Shown one piece after another: positions 1-10,127 of a stretch of 41,778 nt of DNA. Positions within the stretch are counted from its first letter, which is position 1. Each line of letters begins with the position of its first letter. Source of the stretch: an uncultured Halothiobacillaceae bacterium (GTDB lineage: Bacteria > Pseudomonadota > Gammaproteobacteria > CAZROX01); the NCBI GenBank assembly GCA_964601845.1, contig CAZROX010000001.1, forward strand, positions 1 to 41,778, in the 5' to 3' direction. Both the position numbers and the translations under genes were made by a program. The notes under the pieces were generated by a model that saw only the letters and a list, made by a program, of their open reading frames with translations, was not told the origin of the DNA and did no database searches.

Positions 1-699
1 TACTGGGCCGGCACGCGCCCCAATATGTTGTTTTGGCTGGTTGTGCAAGATGGCCGCAACGAAGCGATTCTGTCAGAGGCCGATGACAGTGCCTTGAACA
101 AGATCGTAGCGGGCGTCTCCCAGAGATACGCGCTGCCTGTGACCCTGCCGCTGATGGATCTCGAGGATCGGGCGGCGATTAAGCCGATAGATATCAAAGG
201 CAGTAGCCGACAGAGAATCGAGCGTGCATCCAGACGCTACAAGGCCGATTATGTCTTGAGCGCGACCTTGCGTTTTGATGGGTTTACTTGGTCTGTCTCT
301 TGGAGTATGCGCCATAACGACCAAGAGCCATGGGTCTGGCGCACGCGTGGCCAATCTATGCGCGATGCGATCGATGAGGGATTTAGCAAGTTGGCGGTGC
401 GCTTGGTGAGCGCTGCATCCGATACGGCGGGCGGCGATACCCGCGGAACACAATCGGTCTATGTGTCGGGGATACGCACGCTGTCCGATTATGCCGCACT
501 GCTTAAACATCTCAAAGCCTTGCCCTCCGTGACGGACGTGCAAGTTGTTCGGGTCACGCGCGATGTCGCTCAATTTAGTTTAAAGATAAAAGGCGGCGCT
601 GTGCGCAATGAAATTGTGCAAAATAATTGGCTGGAGTTTGCGCCTCAGGTGGATGTGGGCGGAGATGGCAAGGCGCTCTACTACCGGTTGTCTCAGTGA
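1..699 (+). CDS. conserved hypothetical protein, 5'-truncated by the window edge (DUF2066-like, the family commonly found directly upstream of hda)
   Basis: Frame 1 is open from nt 1 to the TGA at 697-699 (ORF track 25..699). The stop overlaps the GTG of the downstream hda (GTGA). The family call comes from remembered synteny and sequence flavour and is not verifiable here. Confidence 0.5.
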   Translation, partial: YWAGTRPNMLFWLVVQDGRNEAILSEADDSALNKIVAGVSQRYALPVTLPLMDLEDRAAIKPIDIKGSSRQRIERASRRYKADYVLSATLRFDGFTWSVSWSMRHNDQEPWVWRTRGQSMRDAIDEGFSKLAVRLVSAASDTAGGDTRGTQSVYVSGIRTLSDYAALLKHLKALPSVTDVQVVRVTRDVAQFSLKIKGGAVRNEIVQNNWLEFAPQVDVGGDGKALYYRLSQ

Positions 700-1412
700 G
701 TCGATCCGCCCAGCTCTCACTGCCCATTACCGAGTTCAAGCAGCGCTTGGAGTACTTTTTTGTCGGCGAGAATCAGCTGTTATGCGACACGGCAGAGCGC
801 ATTGCCCTAGCGGATGAGCAGGCCCAGCTGACCATCTGGGGCGGGGCGGGGGTGGGTAAAACCTACCTGTTGTGCGCCTTGTGTCAATTGGCAGATACCC
901 ATGCACAGTGTGCCAGCTATTTGCCCATGGCGACCTTGTGCGCTCACTCGCCGCAAACGGCGCTGCCAAGTGAGCGGGTGAATTTTCTGGCAATCGATGA
1001 TATTGATTGTGTGGCAGGTCTAATCGACTGGCAGAGTGCACTGATCAATCTGATAGATATGTTGCGCGAGCGCCGTGCGCGCATCGTGATTAGCGCCAAT
1101 AAAAAACCAGACACATTAGATATCTTGCCCGATCTGGCCTCGCGCTTGATGTGGGGGGCGGTGATGCCACTTTTGGCACCCGATGACGATGCGATCGAGC
1201 AGGCGCTCCGCCAGCGTGCAGCCGATATGCAATTGCCCTTATCGGATCAGGTCGTACAGTATTTGCTCAACCACCATCCACGCAGCCTAGCGAGCCTGTT
1301 TGCAATTTTGCAAGTCATCGATCAGGCTTCACTCAACAATCACAGGCGCCCGACAGTGGCATTTATTAAGTCGGTGTTGGCGGACTCGTCTCTCTTATTG
1401 CCGCAAACATAG
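696..1412 (+). CDS. hda: DnaA regulatory inactivator Hda
   Basis: From GTG 696 the N-terminus reads MSRSAQLSLPI, matching the E. coli Hda N-terminal AQLSLPL clamp-binding motif. Walker A is GGAGVGKTYLL; a DDID box and a DLASRL motif are present. The track's TTG 627 start would add 23 unmatched residues overlapping the upstream gene. Confidence 0.85.
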   Translation: MSRSAQLSLPITEFKQRLEYFFVGENQLLCDTAERIALADEQAQLTIWGGAGVGKTYLLCALCQLADTHAQCASYLPMATLCAHSPQTALPSERVNFLAIDDIDCVAGLIDWQSALINLIDMLRERRARIVISANKKPDTLDILPDLASRLMWGAVMPLLAPDDDAIEQALRQRAADMQLPLSDQVVQYLLNHHPRSLASLFAILQVIDQASLNNHRRPTVAFIKSVLADSSLLLPQT

Positions 1413-1441
1413 CGACGTTTGAAGCCCAAGCCAAATGCGGT

Positions 1442-1798
1442 TTATCGGCCGAGTTTATTTTGGTAGCGTACATAATAGATACAGCCAAAGAACAGCATCG
1501 AGCTGAACAGTATCTGTCCGTAGGCGAGCAGGCGGACATCGGCGTGATAGTAGGCCGTATCGACGCCCAGCGCGAAATAAAGCAGTGCTAAATAATGCGC
1601 CCACTCGTGGGTGCGCTTGCGGCCGTGCACTAGGCCACGCATAGGCAGGAGCAGGGGCAATAGCAAGATAATTAATACAGCGGCGCGTGGAATTTCCGCT
1701 GGTGGGGCAATCCAACTGTGCCAGTTGAGTAGCAACAGCAACAAGCCGTAGTAGCCGATTAGAGTCCCATAACGGGCGATGGTTAGCGGCGGCATCAT
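1442..1798 (-). CDS. small integral membrane protein (DUF2069-like)
   Basis: Four hydrophobic segments. The ATG at 1798-1796 overlaps the wrbA stop (ATGA). This family is remembered as the usual partner downstream of wrbA/arsC in gammaproteobacteria. The track ORF extends to 1855, but that part lies inside wrbA. Confidence 0.6.
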   Translation of the reverse strand: MMPPLTIARYGTLIGYYGLLLLLLNWHSWIAPPAEIPRAAVLIILLLPLLLPMRGLVHGRKRTHEWAHYLALLYFALGVDTAYYHADVRLLAYGQILFSSMLFFGCIYYVRYQNKLGR

Positions 1799-2400
1799 GT
1801 GGGCAGGTGCAGCGATTGAGCCACCGTTGCCAGGCGTTTGCCCAGGGCTTTGCACAGGGTAATCTCATCATCTGAGATCGCGTTTTTGCCATCGTGTCCC
1901 GAGACGTGACTGGCACCGTAGGGCGTGCCGCCCGTTGTGGTGCGGCTCAGAGCCGCTTCAGCGTATGGAATGCCGAGCAACAACATACCGTGATGTAGCA
2001 GCGGTGGCATCATCGATAAGAGCACACTTTCTTGGCCGCCGTGTTGCGTGCTGGTCGATGTAAAGAGCGCAGCGGGCTTGTTGCGAAGCTCGCCGTTTAG
2101 CCACAGGGCTGTGGTGGTCTCTAAAAAATACTTGGAGGCGGCAGACATATTGCCAAAATAGCCCGGGCTGCCAAATGCCAATCCATCACACGCTATCAGA
2201 TCATCCAATTGCACATAGGGTGCGCCCTGGTCGGGGACGCTGGGCGCACTCTGCTCGGATAGGGGTGAGACAGGTGGCACACTGCGTATATTCGCCTGAG
2301 CATCGGGCACGCTTTCCACCCCGCGACCGATGTGGCGTGCCATATTAGCCGTGCTCTGATGCGCGCTGTAATACAGGACGAGTATATTGGTGGTTTTCAT
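1795..2400 (-). CDS. wrbA: NAD(P)H:quinone oxidoreductase, type IV (WrbA, flavodoxin-like)
   Basis: ILVLYYS start, FGSPGYFGNMS, STSTQHGGQE and GGTPYGASH are collinear with E. coli WrbA. The ATG at 2400 overlaps the arsC stop (ATGA). Confidence 0.85.
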   Translation of the reverse strand: MKTTNILVLYYSAHQSTANMARHIGRGVESVPDAQANIRSVPPVSPLSEQSAPSVPDQGAPYVQLDDLIACDGLAFGSPGYFGNMSAASKYFLETTTALWLNGELRNKPAALFTSTSTQHGGQESVLLSMMPPLLHHGMLLLGIPYAEAALSRTTTGGTPYGASHVSGHDGKNAISDDEITLCKALGKRLATVAQSLHLPT

Positions 2401-2738
2401 AGTATGCGCAATACGTTCTCTGGTGGGCGGCACAGGATGGCCTGGGCATCCCATTGTACAATTGGGCGCTGTAACAAAATAGGATGCGCGGCAAGGGCCT
2501 GTAGCAGGGTTTCTTCATCCGATGTTTTATCGAGCAGCAGTTCCCGATAGGGCGCTTCTTGGGCGCGCACGATCGCATGTGGCGGCAGCGCTAATTGCTG
2601 GATTAGCGTGCGTAGCTGTTCTACGCTAAGCGGCGTTTTGAGATATTCCACCACCCGATAAGGCCGGTTCGATGATTCGATCAATGCCAAGGTTTGGCGA
2701 GACTTACTGCAACGTGGATTGTGGTAAATTGTGATCAT
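2397..2738 (-). CDS. arsC: arsenate reductase, glutaredoxin-coupled ArsC family
   Basis: MITIYHNPRCSKSRQTL and HPILLQRPIV...LCRPPENVL are collinear with R773/E. coli ArsC, including the catalytic Cys near position 10. Start chosen at the third ATG (2738). Confidence 0.8.
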   Translation of the reverse strand: MITIYHNPRCSKSRQTLALIESSNRPYRVVEYLKTPLSVEQLRTLIQQLALPPHAIVRAQEAPYRELLLDKTSDEETLLQALAAHPILLQRPIVQWDAQAILCRPPENVLRIL

Positions 2739-2891
2739 TGATTCTGGGTTGCCCATGCGGTTTATTTTACACAGCACGAGCATACCCTGTACATCGGCGT
2801 AGTTTTACCGCAGGCTGTGATGGCTGAAACAGCCCGTAATGTCCACGCTCATCTCATCCAACAAATAATCTTTTTTGACTGATTTTTACCT

Positions 2892-3587
2892 ATGAAACAA
2901 TCGCCGATTATTGCACCATCCATTTTATCCGCTGATTTTGCTCAGCTTGGTCGCGAGGTTGAGGATGTGTTGGCCGCCGGTGCCGACGTGATTCACTTCG
3001 ATGTGATGGACAACCACTATGTGCCCAATCTGACTTTTGGCCCAATCATCTGCGAATCCTTACGCCGGCACGGCATCGCACAACCGATCGATGTGCACTT
3101 AATGGTAGAGCCAGTGGATCACATGATCGGTGCGTTTGCCGATGCCGGTGCCAGCTCGATTAGCTTTCATCCGGAGGCCAGTCGGCATGTCGATCGGAGC
3201 TTGCAGTACATACGCGATCGCGGCTGCCTCAGTGGCCTAGTACTCAATCCGGCAACACCGATTGCACTATTGCTGCATGTGTTGGATAAACTGGATTTTG
3301 TGCTGGTGATGTCGGTCAATCCCGGCTTTGGCAATCAGACATTTATTCCGGGCACGCTCGATAAAATACGCACCTTGCGCGCGCAGCTCGATAGTGCCGG
3401 CTACGAGTCGATACGCGTGGCGGTCGATGGTGGCATCAAGTGGGACAATATCGCCCAGGTGCACGCAGCTGGCGGCGATACGTTTATTCTCGGGTCCGGT
3501 ATTTTTTCGCAGGCGGTCGAGGCAGATGCACACCGATACGATAGCATCATCACAAAACTACGCACTCACTTGGCCGCAGCTGACTGA
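2892..3587 (+). CDS. rpe: ribulose-phosphate 3-epimerase
   Basis: [36 protein letters not shown] and VDGGI motifs; typical length of 231 aa. Confidence 0.95.
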   Translation: MKQSPIIAPSILSADFAQLGREVEDVLAAGADVIHFDVMDNHYVPNLTFGPIICESLRRHGIAQPIDVHLMVEPVDHMIGAFADAGASSISFHPEASRHVDRSLQYIRDRGCLSGLVLNPATPIALLLHVLDKLDFVLVMSVNPGFGNQTFIPGTLDKIRTLRAQLDSAGYESIRVAVDGGIKWDNIAQVHAAGGDTFILGSGIFSQAVEADAHRYDSIITKLRTHLAAAD

Positions 3588-4585
3588 TGCGCCGCTCGCA
3601 CCGACTCCCCGATGAGTCTCGGCCCACGGTAGATCAGTCCGCTATATAGCTGAATCAGTTGCGCACCGGCCGCAAGCTTATCGCCGACATCCTGTGCACT
3701 CATAATGCCACCCGAGGCAATGATCGGGATGGCCCGATCAATCACTTTTGCCAGTTGCAACAGGGTGTCATTTGCCCGCTCGCGTAGCGGCGCGCCGCTG
3801 ACCCCGCCCATCTCGTGTCCACGGGGCATTAGCTGGGGGTCGCAGGTCGTGTTGGTTGCGATGATGCCATCGACTTTTTTTTGCAGCAGGGTGTGTGCGA
3901 GTTGCGCCAGCTGATCCGCCGACATGTCCGGTGAGATTTTAACCACCAGCGGTACGTACTTTTGGTGGGTGTCCGCCAGTTTTTTTCTTGTCTCCAGCAG
4001 GGCATCTATCAAGGTGCCGAGCAGGTCACCTTGTTGTAACTGGCGCAGGCCCGTGGTGTTGGGCGATGAGATATTCGCCGTGACATAGTGCGCATGGGGG
4101 TACACCTGCTCTAGTACCTGGCAGTAGTCCGCTGGTGCGCGCTCCAGCGGTGTGTCCCAATTTTTTCCGATATTGACCCCCAGCACGCCATTAAACGGCT
4201 GGTGTTGCAACTGGGCGACAAATTGGCTCGCGCCGATATTGTTAAACCCCATGCGATTGAACAGCGCCTGTTGTTGCGTGAGGCGGAACAGGCGCGGCTT
4301 GTCGTTGCCGGCTTGGGGTCTGGGTGTAATGGTCCCCACCTCGATAAAGCCAAAGCCGAGCTTGGACAGGGCATCTGTGTAGTGGCCGTTTTTATCTAGG
4401 CCTGCGGATAGTCCGATCGGGTTGGGGAAGTCGATCCCCATGACACGCACCGGCAGTGAGAGGGTTGTTTGTCGCAGCAGCCCAAGTTGTGCGGTGAGCT
4501 TGAGTGAGTTGAGCGTTAGGGTGTGTGCCCGCTCGGCATCGAGCAAAAACAGCGCCGGGCGCAGCCACGGATAGAGTGATATCAC
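3566..4585 (-). CDS. pyrD: dihydroorotate dehydrogenase (quinone), class 2
   Basis: N-terminal membrane-association helix, [19 protein letters not shown] and IIASGGI motifs; 339 aa. The 3' end overlaps the rpe 3' end by 22 nt (convergent). Confidence 0.95.
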   Translation of the reverse strand: MISLYPWLRPALFLLDAERAHTLTLNSLKLTAQLGLLRQTTLSLPVRVMGIDFPNPIGLSAGLDKNGHYTDALSKLGFGFIEVGTITPRPQAGNDKPRLFRLTQQQALFNRMGFNNIGASQFVAQLQHQPFNGVLGVNIGKNWDTPLERAPADYCQVLEQVYPHAHYVTANISSPNTTGLRQLQQGDLLGTLIDALLETRKKLADTHQKYVPLVVKISPDMSADQLAQLAHTLLQKKVDGIIATNTTCDPQLMPRGHEMGGVSGAPLRERANDTLLQLAKVIDRAIPIIASGGIMSAQDVGDKLAAGAQLIQLYSGLIYRGPRLIGESVRAAHQSAAAK

Positions 4586-5121
4586 AGATCACCTGTCAGA
4601 GCGGGTGTTTTGTATTGGCCCAAGATATAGTGTAGCTCTATGTGATCGGGGTCCTGCCACAGTAGGGAGATATACCAACCCTCCTGCTGCCACAGGGTGT
4701 GTGCAAAGCCCTTTTGGGTATAGATGGCATTGAATTTAGAGCTGCGCGAGCTGGCGTACTCGGGGAATTGGCTGAGATCTTCGCCATTGTTGTACAGGCG
4801 TGTCAGTCGTTGGCGCCAGTCGATATAATTGAGCCAGCCGGCGGGTAGGTCTCTGCGGATCACCGCGTTTATTTTGTTATTTTTGACCGAGATATCGATG
4901 ATGGCATTGACATCGGCAGAGCGATACCAGGTGGCATCTGCATCCTGCCCAATGCGGGTGAGTTGCATCGTTGCTATATCGGCTGCAGGCAGTGTGCCGC
5001 CGAGGCAGTATCGGTTAAAGACGTATTTTAGGCAGGTCTCTTGGGCGGTTGCTGGTGTACTGAAGCACACCAGCCACAACACAAGCCAGCTCAGTAGATG
5101 CAGACGCAGATGGGTCGCCAT
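4582..5121 (-). CDS. hypothetical exported protein (signal peptide, no recognisable family)
   Basis: N-terminal hydrophobic signal with an ATA-QE cleavage-like site and two early Cys residues. The stop overlaps the pyrD start codon by 4 nt. Confidence 0.6.
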   Translation of the reverse strand: MATHLRLHLLSWLVLWLVCFSTPATAQETCLKYVFNRYCLGGTLPAADIATMQLTRIGQDADATWYRSADVNAIIDISVKNNKINAVIRRDLPAGWLNYIDWRQRLTRLYNNGEDLSQFPEYASSRSSKFNAIYTQKGFAHTLWQQEGWYISLLWQDPDHIELHYILGQYKTPALTGDL

Positions 5122-5172
5122 GTTCTCTCTCTATCGGTTGTTATCGTTAAGCATGTGCTGTGAGCGATAGCC

Positions 5173-6189
5173 ATGCAAATTAAACCAGAGCAGCTCGAGG
5201 CACATTGCAAAAAAAAACTGTTGCCCGCGTATCTTATCAGTGGCGATGAGCCGCTGCAGATAATGGAGTCGGTGCAGCAAATACGCACCCAGGCCAAGGC
5301 GGCAGGCTATAGCGGCCGTGAAATCTTGTTTGTCGATGCCGATTTTAACTGGTCGCGGTTTCAGGTGGCGTGTCAGACCTTATCGCTCATCGCCGATAAG
5401 CGCCTCGTCGAGTTGCGGATGCCCCATGCAAAACCCGGGCGCGAGGGGGGGGCGATCATCAAGCAGTATTTGGAATCTCCATCGCCCGATATCGTGTTGC
5501 TGATCACCTGCGCCAAGCTCGAGAAGGCGAGTCAGAACAGCCAGTGGTTTCGTGCGCTCGATCAGGTCGGCGGCACTATTGCCGTCTATCCCGTATCTGC
5601 CAAAGACATGGCCAGCTGGGTGCTAAAACGCCTCAGAGGTGCCGGTCTTGAGGTCGACTTATCCGTGGCCGAGCTGATTGCCCAGAGAACCGAGGGCAGC
5701 ATGTTGGGTGCCCAGCAAGAAATTGATAAGCTCGCCATGAGCTATCCCAACCAACGTATCGACCAGCGGCAGGTACTCGACGATACCTTCAGCCAAGCGC
5801 GCTATCAGGTATACGATCTAGCCGATGCGGTTTTGCTGCCCGATGTGCCGCGGGTGATTGCAATACTCGATTATTTGGCGCTGGAGGGCGTGAGCCCCAT
5901 TCCCGCACTGGTGACGCTCACCTATCGGATACGCAGTATCTGCGTGCTTGCCCACGCACTGGCACAAGGGGATTCGGAGGAGCGCGCCCTGCAGCGGGCC
6001 GGCATTTGGAGAGCGCAGCGTGCGATGGCACGCCGTGCGGTTAAAAGGCGCAGCGCGGCTCAGTGGGAGCTGTTGCTGTTGCGCGCCACAGAGCTTGAGT
6101 TGGTCTGCAAAGGCATGTCTAAGGCGGGCAATCCTTGGGATGAAATTTTGAGTTTGTCCTTGTCGATTGCCGAGCACCCGCTTTGGTAG
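5173..6189 (+). CDS. holA: DNA polymerase III subunit delta
   Basis: N-terminal PEQL...LLPAYLISGDEPL pattern. The 338-aa length and helical C-terminal domain are typical of HolA. Confidence 0.8.
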   Translation: MQIKPEQLEAHCKKKLLPAYLISGDEPLQIMESVQQIRTQAKAAGYSGREILFVDADFNWSRFQVACQTLSLIADKRLVELRMPHAKPGREGGAIIKQYLESPSPDIVLLITCAKLEKASQNSQWFRALDQVGGTIAVYPVSAKDMASWVLKRLRGAGLEVDLSVAELIAQRTEGSMLGAQQEIDKLAMSYPNQRIDQRQVLDDTFSQARYQVYDLADAVLLPDVPRVIAILDYLALEGVSPIPALVTLTYRIRSICVLAHALAQGDSEERALQRAGIWRAQRAMARRAVKRRSAAQWELLLLRATELELVCKGMSKAGNPWDEILSLSLSIAEHPLW

Positions 6190-6206
6190 CGGATGGGGAA
6201 GCTGTG

Positions 6207-7658
6207 TTAGCTGAACATCTGCTCTAGTCGCACGCTGGCGCGGGCGATGGCTTGGCGCACCTGACTGGGCGCGGTGCCGCCGATATGGTCGCGACTGGCA
6301 GCTGAACCCGCAACACTCAACACCTCGAATACATCCTGCTCGATGTCGCTACAGAAACCCTGTAGCGTGCCTAGCTCCAGCTCGTTGAGCATGCATTGGT
6401 GTTCGATGGCATAGCGCACCACCTGGCCGACCACGGCGTGTGCGTCGCGAAACCCCATCCCCTTGCGCACGAGATAGTCGGCCAGATCGGTTGCCGTCGA
6501 GTAGCCGGACATCGCAGCTGTATGCATCGTTTCTTTGTTAACCGTCATCTGCGGCAGCATTTGGGAGCAGATCAGCAAGCTGTCGTGCAGGGTATCGACG
6601 CTGTCAAATAGCGGTTCTTTGTCCTCTTGATTGTCTTTGTTATAGGCCAGTGGTTGCGACTTCATTAAACTGAGCAAGGTGGTCAGATTGCCGTGTGTGC
6701 GACTGGCTTTACCGCGCAGCAGCTCTGGTACATCGGGGTTTTTTTTCTGCGGCATAATCGAGGAGCCGGTACAAAAATTATCCGACAACTCGATAAACCC
6801 GACCAAACTAGACGACCAGATAATCAATTCCTCGGCAATGCGCGAAAGATGCATCATCGTGATGGCGGCGGCGGCACAAAACTCGATACAGTGATCGCGA
6901 TTGCTCACGGCATCGAGCGAGTTTTCTGTCGGCATGCTAAAGGCTAATAACTCGCTGGTGTAGTGTGGGTCGATCGGGTAGCTGGTACCGGCCAGCGCCG
7001 ATGCACCGAGCGGCAGCCGGTCCATGCGTTTGGCACAATCGCGCAGCCGATCGGCATCGCGTAGCAACATTTCAAACCAAGCCATCATGTGATGGCCAAA
7101 GGTCACCGGCTGAGCGACCTGTAAATGCGTCATGCCGGGCATGATGCTATCGGCGTGCTCTGTTGCGATATCGAGCAGCGCCTGTAATAGATTGCGATGG
7201 GGCACGCTGATGGCTTGCAGCGCGTGACGCAGATACAAGATGATGTCTGTTGCCACCTGATCGTTGCGCGAGCGACCGGTGTGCAGGCGCTTGCCCGCTT
7301 CGCCGACCAGTTGTATCAGGCGCGCCTCGATATTCATGTGCACGTCCTCGTGCTCGATCTGCCACTGCATCTGATCTGACTCGATTTCCTGCTCGATGGT
7401 ATCGAGCCCGGCCAAGATCGACTCGGCATCCTGCGCGCTCAAGACCCCAACCGATGCGAGCATGCGCGCGTGTGCACGCGAACCGGCTATGTCCTCTCGA
7501 TACAGCCGCCGATCGAAATGGACCGATGTTGTGTAGCTGAGCACGAGGTCATGGATTGGCTTGTCGAATCGACCACCCCACGCTTTATTTTGACGCTGCT
7601 CGGCGTTTTTTGTATTAGATTCGGTATTATTTTTGGGCTTTTGGCTCATCGGTTGCAC
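6207..7658 (-). CDS. argH: argininosuccinate lyase
   Basis: WGGRF start region and the fumarate-lyase signature [12 protein letters not shown]; collinear with E. coli ArgH. Carries a roughly 25-aa Lys/Asn/Gln-rich N-terminal extension with no later in-frame ATG before WGGRF. Confidence 0.95.
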   Translation of the reverse strand: MQPMSQKPKNNTESNTKNAEQRQNKAWGGRFDKPIHDLVLSYTTSVHFDRRLYREDIAGSRAHARMLASVGVLSAQDAESILAGLDTIEQEIESDQMQWQIEHEDVHMNIEARLIQLVGEAGKRLHTGRSRNDQVATDIILYLRHALQAISVPHRNLLQALLDIATEHADSIMPGMTHLQVAQPVTFGHHMMAWFEMLLRDADRLRDCAKRMDRLPLGASALAGTSYPIDPHYTSELLAFSMPTENSLDAVSNRDHCIEFCAAAAITMMHLSRIAEELIIWSSSLVGFIELSDNFCTGSSIMPQKKNPDVPELLRGKASRTHGNLTTLLSLMKSQPLAYNKDNQEDKEPLFDSVDTLHDSLLICSQMLPQMTVNKETMHTAAMSGYSTATDLADYLVRKGMGFRDAHAVVGQVVRYAIEHQCMLNELELGTLQGFCSDIEQDVFEVLSVAGSAASRDHIGGTAPSQVRQAIARASVRLEQMFS

Positions 7659-7923
7659 TGTTGCAGGTTAGATTAGTGAATTGTGGTGCGCTGGGCAATT
7701 GCTTGCCATATTGGCCGCCCAACTAGGGTAGTTTGAGCGGATTTGCACAGGCGCAGTATATCAAACCTCCTGATTTGAATAGATTGCCTCGCATACAAGC
7801 CCTCGGTGTGGGGCTGCGATTATCGTGCGGGCGGCGGATGCAGCGCTGTAGGTGTACGAGTGGTGTGTTAGGATGCGATCAAGACTGTGTCGGTCACGGG
7901 CCGCATGGTTGGAGTCGGTTTGG

Positions 7924-7947
7924 CCTCGCATGTCGTCGAGGTTTTTT
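7924..7947 (+). terminator. short hairpin followed by a T6 run in the argH-rnr intergenic region (intrinsic-terminator-like)
   Basis: CCTCG-catgtcgt-CGAGG followed by TTTTTT. The stem is only 5 bp, so this is weak. Confidence 0.3.
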
Positions 7948-8112
7948 GGCTTGGTTTTCTTGTGCAAATCTTTCATATTGGTGAGATCGTGACCTACGCT
8001 TGTCCGATCAATTGCACAGGGGTTTAGGCTATCTTTTGCGTGTCGCCTTAAGATAGGCAGGCTGAAGTTTGTACTATATTGATATGGTTGCCCTCTGAGG
8101 AGGGCTATATCT

Positions 8113-10056
8113 GTGCCATCTAGGATACCTATGGATGAGATGATTGGCAAAATATCTGCCCACCCAAACGGGTTTGGATTCGCTATGCTCGATGATGGCG
8201 AGGGCGAAGATATTTACTTAAGCCCCGAAGAAATGCGTTGTGTTTTACATGGTGATCGGGTCAAGGTGCGGGAGTACAAGCGACGTGCGCGCGCCAAGCG
8301 CTCTGGCTGTATTGTGGAGGTGTTGGAGCGCGCTAATCACACGCTGATCGGGCGCTATCATCGCACCCAGAGCGGTGGCTTTGTCATCGCCGATAACAAG
8401 CGCATCACCCAACCGATTGAACTGCCCAAAAAATCCGACAGTCAGGTTGCCCCTGGCCAATTGGTGTTGATAGAAATTACCGAGCAACCGAGTGTCGATC
8501 GCCCACCCGCTGGGCGTATCCTAGAAGTATTGGGCGATCAGATGAACCTGTCCACCTGCATCAGCACCGCCATACACTTTCATGGCCTCTCGGATGCAGC
8601 TGCCCCAGAGCTGGCCATGCGCGATGCGGCCAATTTTCCAGAGACAATCTCCAAGCAAGAATACGCCAAGCGCAATGATTTGCGCGACCTGTACTTTGTG
8701 ACGATCGACGGTGAGGATGCCCAGGATTTCGACGATGCGGTCCATTGTGAGAAGACAGCCGAGGGCTGGCGGTTACAGGTTGCCATAGCCGATGTGTCGC
8801 ACTATGTGTTGCCCGGTACAGAATTAGATCAAGATGCGCAGAGGCGCGCCACTTCTATTTACTTTCCAGGTCAAGTGATACCGATGTTGCCCGAGCGGTT
8901 ATCGAATGATCTGTGCTCCTTGCGACAGGATGTCGATCGCCTCTGCTTGGTGTGCGAGCTGCTGATCGACGAGTCGGGCAAAACGATTCGCTCACGTTTT
9001 TCCGAGGGCGTGATTCGCTCTCGCGCTCGCCTGACCTACACAGAGGTTGCCGCACTGCTCAATGGTGAGTCAAAAGATGAGGTGCCCGAAGAGCGCTATC
9101 GGCAGCTAGTGAACTTGCATGCACTTTACGAGGCCTTGCAGCGGGCGCGCAATCGGCGCGGCGCGTTGGATTTTGATAGCTTAGAAGCACAGGTGGTGCT
9201 CGGTCAGGATGGCAGAATCGACTCGATCAGCCCCGTGGTACGCAACGATGCCCACCGTCTGATCGAAGAGTGTATGATCGCGGCCAATATTGCCGCTGCA
9301 TGCTTTTTGCAGCAGCACAGCATTGTCGGCCTACACCGCATTCACCCAAACCCCGAGCCAGTTGGCCTGGCCGATGCGCGGGCATTTTTTGCATCGCGCG
9401 ATCTCAAGCTGGGCGGCGGCGATAGCATTGAGGCGGTAGATCTGTGTCACTTGTTGCAATCTGCCAGCGAGCGCCCAGATCGGCATGTTATTCAGCGCAT
9501 CGTGTTGCGCACACTCTCACCGGCTGCCTACAGTGAGCAGAGTGCACCGCATTTTGGGCTCAATCTGGTCAACTATACGCACTTTACCTCGCCGATTCGC
9601 CGCTACCCAGACCTGCTGGTGCATCGTGCGATCCGCTATGGCTTGCATCGCAAAGACCAAGCGGCGCGCTATCCTTACGATCTGAGCGCGATCCAGCAGT
9701 TGGGGAGCCACTGCACCGATCTTGAGCGCCGCGCCGAGTCGGCAGTGCGCGATGTGATGCAGTGGCTCAAGTGCGACTACATGATGGGTCGTATCGGTCA
9801 GGTGTGCGCCGGTACGGTTTGCGCCGTCACTGCCTTTGGCTTGTTTGTGGAGCTAGATGGCCTGCATATCGAGGGTTTGCTGCATGTCAGTGCCTTGCCA
9901 TCGGGGCGTTATCTGTACGACAAAAAAATAGAGGCGCTCTGCTCTGAGAAACCAAAACGACGCTTTGCCTTGGGCGATACGCTTAAGGTGCGCGTGTTGG
10001 ATGTCAATATGGATGAGCGCAAGATAGACCTGTCACTCGCGGAGCGACCCCGCTAG
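8113..10056 (+). CDS. rnr: ribonuclease R (RNB family 3'-5' exoribonuclease), short form
   Basis: Cold-shock-like N-terminus (HPNGFGFA). RNB motifs FVTIDGEDAQDFDDAV and HFGL...YTHFTSPIRRYPDLLVHR. C-terminal S1 domain. GTG start with GGAGG about 10 nt upstream; an alternative ATG is at 8131. Confidence 0.9.
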   Translation: MPSRIPMDEMIGKISAHPNGFGFAMLDDGEGEDIYLSPEEMRCVLHGDRVKVREYKRRARAKRSGCIVEVLERANHTLIGRYHRTQSGGFVIADNKRITQPIELPKKSDSQVAPGQLVLIEITEQPSVDRPPAGRILEVLGDQMNLSTCISTAIHFHGLSDAAAPELAMRDAANFPETISKQEYAKRNDLRDLYFVTIDGEDAQDFDDAVHCEKTAEGWRLQVAIADVSHYVLPGTELDQDAQRRATSIYFPGQVIPMLPERLSNDLCSLRQDVDRLCLVCELLIDESGKTIRSRFSEGVIRSRARLTYTEVAALLNGESKDEVPEERYRQLVNLHALYEALQRARNRRGALDFDSLEAQVVLGQDGRIDSISPVVRNDAHRLIEECMIAANIAAACFLQQHSIVGLHRIHPNPEPVGLADARAFFASRDLKLGGGDSIEAVDLCHLLQSASERPDRHVIQRIVLRTLSPAAYSEQSAPHFGLNLVNYTHFTSPIRRYPDLLVHRAIRYGLHRKDQAARYPYDLSAIQQLGSHCTDLERRAESAVRDVMQWLKCDYMMGRIGQVCAGTVCAVTAFGLFVELDGLHIEGLLHVSALPSGRYLYDKKIEALCSEKPKRRFALGDTLKVRVLDVNMDERKIDLSLAERPR

Positions 10057-10127
10057 GATGCGATCTATATCTGGGCTGAACTGTGCGTATCTGATCTGCA
10101 ATTGTTTGCTAGGTTGTGTGCCGGCCT

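Noticed and set aside
627-695. TTG-initiated 5' extension of hda suggested by the ORF track.
   Set aside because: The extension overlaps the upstream gene and adds residues with no counterpart in Hda. GTG 696 places the conserved AQLSLP motif at the N-terminus and forms a GTGA overlap.
7786-7794. The 9-mer GCCTCGCAT recurs in non-coding DNA at 7786-7794, 7923-7931 and 17755-17763.
   Set aside because: It is too short for significance without a genome-wide count. A related 8-mer also occurs inside the speB-like coding sequence, and the flanks do not align. It is worth a motif scan only if whole-genome data are available.
7733-8150. Two overlapping ORFs (83 aa on the plus strand with a TTG start; 129 aa on the minus strand) in the argH-rnr spacer.
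   Set aside because: No recognisable domains or ribosome-binding context. The minus-strand ORF overlaps the rnr start. The region is better treated as non-coding.
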